A stretch of 10,807 nt of DNA from positions 1 through 10,807 of the forward strand of contig JBFLWF010000055.1 of NCBI GenBank assembly GCA_040758355.1, in the 5' to 3' direction. Under the pieces are notes generated by a model. That model searched no databases. It saw nothing but the letters and a program-made list of their open reading frames with translations, and was not told where the DNA came from. Of the stretch, positions 8,576 through 10,807 are shown piece after piece. Position numbers and translations under genes: made by a program. The stretch's first letter is position 1. Every line of letters starts with the position of its first letter. The DNA is from Nitrospirota bacterium. Its GTDB lineage: Bacteria > Nitrospirota > Thermodesulfovibrionia > Thermodesulfovibrionales > Dissulfurispiraceae.

Positions 8576-9159
8576 GAATCTCAGGCGGCACTGCAAAGGG
8601 AAGAAAGGTCGGCTTCAAAAAAGCATTTCTTAAAAAAGGCGAGGAAGACGAATTAAGGCCTACCTCAGCAAAGGTAAGACAGGCGATTTTTAATATCCTC
8701 GGAGACAGAATAATCGATGCCGCATTTTTAGACCTCTATGCAGGGACAGGCGCTGTTGGGATTGAGGCTTTGAGCAGAGGCGCTAAAAAGACGGTCTTTG
8801 TTGATGACAGTTCTTTGAGAGTTAATATTATAAAAGATTTAATAGAAAAGTTCGGTTTCAAAGATAGGGCAGTGGTTATTAAAGATGATGCCAAACATTT
8901 CTTAAGAAAAATAACTCCAAACTCCAAACTCCAAACTCAGGACTCTTTTGATATCATTTTTGTTGATCCGCCTTATGCATCAGGAGAGCTCGATATAGTC
9001 CTGCCCCTCATTGACGAGAGAGGCATTTTAGGGGATAATGGAATTGTGATTGCCGAACATTCTTCCAAAAAGAAATTGCTATCAGAAATAGGGAGTTTAA
9101 AGCTTATAAAAACTTATAAGTACGGAGATACATTACTGAGTTTCTACAAAAAAGACTAA
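8572..9159 (+). CDS. rsmD: 16S rRNA m2G966 methyltransferase RsmD, 195 aa
   Basis: MRISGGTAKGR start, LRPTS, FLDLYAGTGAVGIEALSRGA, DPPY and YGDT motifs. Usual position upstream of coaD. Start taken at ATG 8572. Confidence 0.95.
   Translation: MRISGGTAKGRKVGFKKAFLKKGEEDELRPTSAKVRQAIFNILGDRIIDAAFLDLYAGTGAVGIEALSRGAKKTVFVDDSSLRVNIIKDLIEKFGFKDRAVVIKDDAKHFLRKITPNSKLQTQDSFDIIFVDPPYASGELDIVLPLIDERGILGDNGIVIAEHSSKKKLLSEIGSLKLIKTYKYGDTLLSFYKKD
8913..8945 (+). repeat. Heptamer tandem repeat inside rsmD
   Basis: (AACTCCA)x3 at 8913-8933, then AACTCAG and GACTC. Encodes TPNSKLQTQDS. Confidence 0.85.
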
Positions 9160-9165
9160 AAGAAA

Positions 9166-9326
9166 GACATGTGGGCAGGCAGGTGAATGACTTTATACGA
9201 CACCTTGCAAAGAAAACCCGTTGAGGATTAATCAGTATAAACTTTCTATTAAGCAGAAAAAGACATGACATATGGATAATAAGATGTTGTCGATTATAAA
9301 GGCATGAACCTGCCTGCCCATATGTC
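9166..9326. repeat. Long imperfect inverted-repeat element E3 (161 bp; arms 9166-9202 and 9288-9326; 85-nt loop), homologous to E1 in opposite orientation
   Basis: GACATGTGGGCAGGCAGGT (9166-9184) pairs with ACCTGCCTGCCCATATGTC (9308-9326) as 18 Watson-Crick pairs plus one G-T. Pairing continues through CTTTATA/TATAAAG and CGACA/TGTCG, with a 2-nt AT bulge at 9293-9294. Confidence 0.9.
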
Positions 9327-9342
9327 AGTAAAAGGAGCAGAC

Positions 9343-9840
9343 ATGAAATTAGGCATTTATCCCGGGACATTCGACCCAATAACAAACGGACATCTCGATC
9401 TTATCGAAAGGGGATTGAGGATATTTGATGAAATTATAATAGCGGTTGCTCCAAGTCCTAAAAAGCAGCCCCTTTTCACACTCGAAGAGAGGTTGAGGCT
9501 CATAAGGGAGGCGGTTAAGGATTGTAAGAATGTAAGAACAGAGGCATTCAACGGACTTCTTGTTGATTATGTGAGAAACAGGAAGGGTGTTGCGATTATA
9601 AGGGGTTTAAGGGCTGTATCTGATTTCGAATATGAGCTTCAGATGGCACTGATGAACAGAAGGCTTGATATGAACATAGAGACTGTCTTTATGATGCCTT
9701 CAGAAGAATTCTCATTTCTTACATCCACCATTGTTAAGGAGGTAGCATCCTTCGGAGGTTCTGTGAAAGGGCTTGTGTCTGATGCAGTGGAGAAGGCACT
9801 GAAGGAGAAGTTTAAGGTAATCGAGGATATTGTGGAGTAG
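9343..9840 (+). CDS. coaD: Phosphopantetheine adenylyltransferase, 165 aa
   Basis: YPGTFDPITNGHLD and RGLRAVSDFEYELQMALMNR motifs. SD AAGGAG before ATG 9343. The track's start at 9304 lies inside the E3 arm. Confidence 0.97.
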   Translation: MKLGIYPGTFDPITNGHLDLIERGLRIFDEIIIAVAPSPKKQPLFTLEERLRLIREAVKDCKNVRTEAFNGLLVDYVRNRKGVAIIRGLRAVSDFEYELQMALMNRRLDMNIETVFMMPSEEFSFLTSTIVKEVASFGGSVKGLVSDAVEKALKEKFKVIEDIVE

Positions 9841-9849
9841 AGCGACCAT

Positions 9850-10374
9850 ATGCCAAAAGAGGCGCTTTTGATAGTCGACATGCTCAATGACTTTGTCCTT
9901 CAAGGCGCTCCCCTTGAGGTGCCTGAAACAAGGAAAGTTGTCCATGCAATAAAAAGGGAAATCGAAGCAGCGAGGAAAGAGGGCAAACCGGTTATATACG
10001 TCTGCGACACCCACGAGCCAGATGATAAAGAATTCTCCAAATTCGGATGGCCTGCACATGCAGTTAAAGGGACGGCGGGCACTCAGGTTGTGGATGAATT
10101 AAAACCGCAAGTCGATGATATTATAATCGAAAAGACCACCTATTCAGGTTTTTATAATACAAAACTCGATGAGACATTAAAAAATCTCGGTATCGAGAGT
10201 CTACGGCTGATGGGATGTGTTACGCATATATGCGTTATGTTTACTGCATCGGATGCTGTATTAAGGGATTATAAGGTTACGGTTGTAAAGGATGGCGTTG
10301 CAGGGCTTTCAAAGGAAGACCACGAAGCAGCATTGCGAATAATGAAGAATGTAATGGGGATAAATTTAATTTAA
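9850..10374 (+). CDS. Isochorismatase-family cysteine hydrolase (nicotinamidase PncA-like)
   Basis: Asp-Lys-Cys triad motifs LLIVDMLNDF, IEKTTYSGF and GCVTHICV. Metal-site motifs DTH and WPAH. Confidence 0.85.
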   Translation: MPKEALLIVDMLNDFVLQGAPLEVPETRKVVHAIKREIEAARKEGKPVIYVCDTHEPDDKEFSKFGWPAHAVKGTAGTQVVDELKPQVDDIIIEKTTYSGFYNTKLDETLKNLGIESLRLMGCVTHICVMFTASDAVLRDYKVTVVKDGVAGLSKEDHEAALRIMKNVMGINLI

Positions 10375-10681
10375 GGATTGTAATATTTTTTATTTTTAGG
10401 CATATATTCCTGCTCTACATAACCGCCGTAATCATGCGGATACTTGTAGCCTTTACCGTGTCCTAATTTCTTAGCCCCCGGATAATGGCTGTCTTTCAAA
10501 TGATCAGGCACTTCCATTGTCTGCTCGTTCTCAATATCCTCCATTGCAGCCTCTATTTTGCTATATGCTTCAGGGCATCTTCATCTGCGGATATATTTAA
10601 ATTGCCAAGCCCGCGTTCTTTATCCTGAATTGCGTTATTCAGAAGGCTTAGGATATTTTCCTCTGTAAGGGGCTTTAATTC
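10371..10681 (-). pseudogene. rarA: Rearranged remnant of replication-associated recombination protein A (RarA/MgsA)
   Basis: Two out-of-frame pieces. 10681-10556 reads ELKPLTEENILSLLNNAIQDKERGLGNLNISADEDALKHIAK* (start of the AAA+ lid). 10556-10371 reads IEAAMEDIENEQTMEVPDHLKDSHYPGAKKLGHGKGYKYPHDYGGYVEQEYMPKNKKYYNP* (MgsA C-terminus). The intervening region and the ATPase core are missing. Confidence 0.85.
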
Positions 10682-10807
10682 AGGCTCATCGTGGAAGAGA
10701 GTGGGTAAACCGATGGACTTGAAGCGGTATAACATGGCTTCAAATAATGGGGAAAGAGCTTTCAAAGGGGCGAGAAAATCCGTATGATTACCGTATGGGA
10801 AAAAATA
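10682..10807 (-). other. Unidentified open frame entering from the window edge, fused in frame to the rarA lid fragment
   Basis: Reads YFFPYGNHTDFLAPLKALSPLFEAMLYRFKSIGLPTLFHDEP with no stop. It lacks the ENP...LLSR motif expected at this point in RarA. Confidence 0.35.

Noticed and set aside
7621..9326. Hairpins as retron msr/msd, CRISPR repeats, type I toxin-antitoxin loci or hammerhead ribozymes
   Set aside because: No RT or cas gene in the window, no repeat-spacer periodicity, no hydrophobic small ORF shared by E1 and E3, and no CUGANGA core.
4810..9342. Longer track starts at 4810, 8533 and 9304
   Set aside because: They lie inside the upstream gene or the E3 arm. Family-typical N-termini begin at 4867, 8572 and 9343.
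457..10082. Other short track ORFs (e.g. 457-678, 2461-2676, 3685-3948, 4117-4491, 5019-5330, 9104-9385, 9712-10059)
   Set aside because: They are nested in or antisense to well-supported genes and have no recognisable motifs.
10553..10765. 70-aa ORF as an independent small gene
   Set aside because: It is a chimera of an unknown frame, open to the window edge, and a rarA fragment ending at a deletion-created stop.

Overview
AT-rich bacterial chromosomal window; the gene style suggests Nitrospirota or a deltaproteobacterium (inference only). On the + strand, in order: the right end of an ISL3-family IS, an exported M1-peptidase/ChaN/PDZ fusion protein, a long-form hflX that probably starts at a non-canonical ATC, an AhbD/NirJ-like radical SAM-SPASM gene coupled to hemE, purN, a DUF2301-like membrane protein, rsmD, coaD and an isochorismatase-family hydrolase. 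A rearranged rarA remnant lies on the - strand at the end. The least explained signal is non-coding. Two roughly 160-170 bp long-hairpin elements (7621-7793 and 9166-9326) are homologous to each other in opposite orientation, sharing a loop core, a 2-nt bulge and an inner helix while their arms have diverged but still pair. A third, apparently unrelated 133-bp branched hairpin (7815-7947) carries a CsrA-consensus stem-loop.
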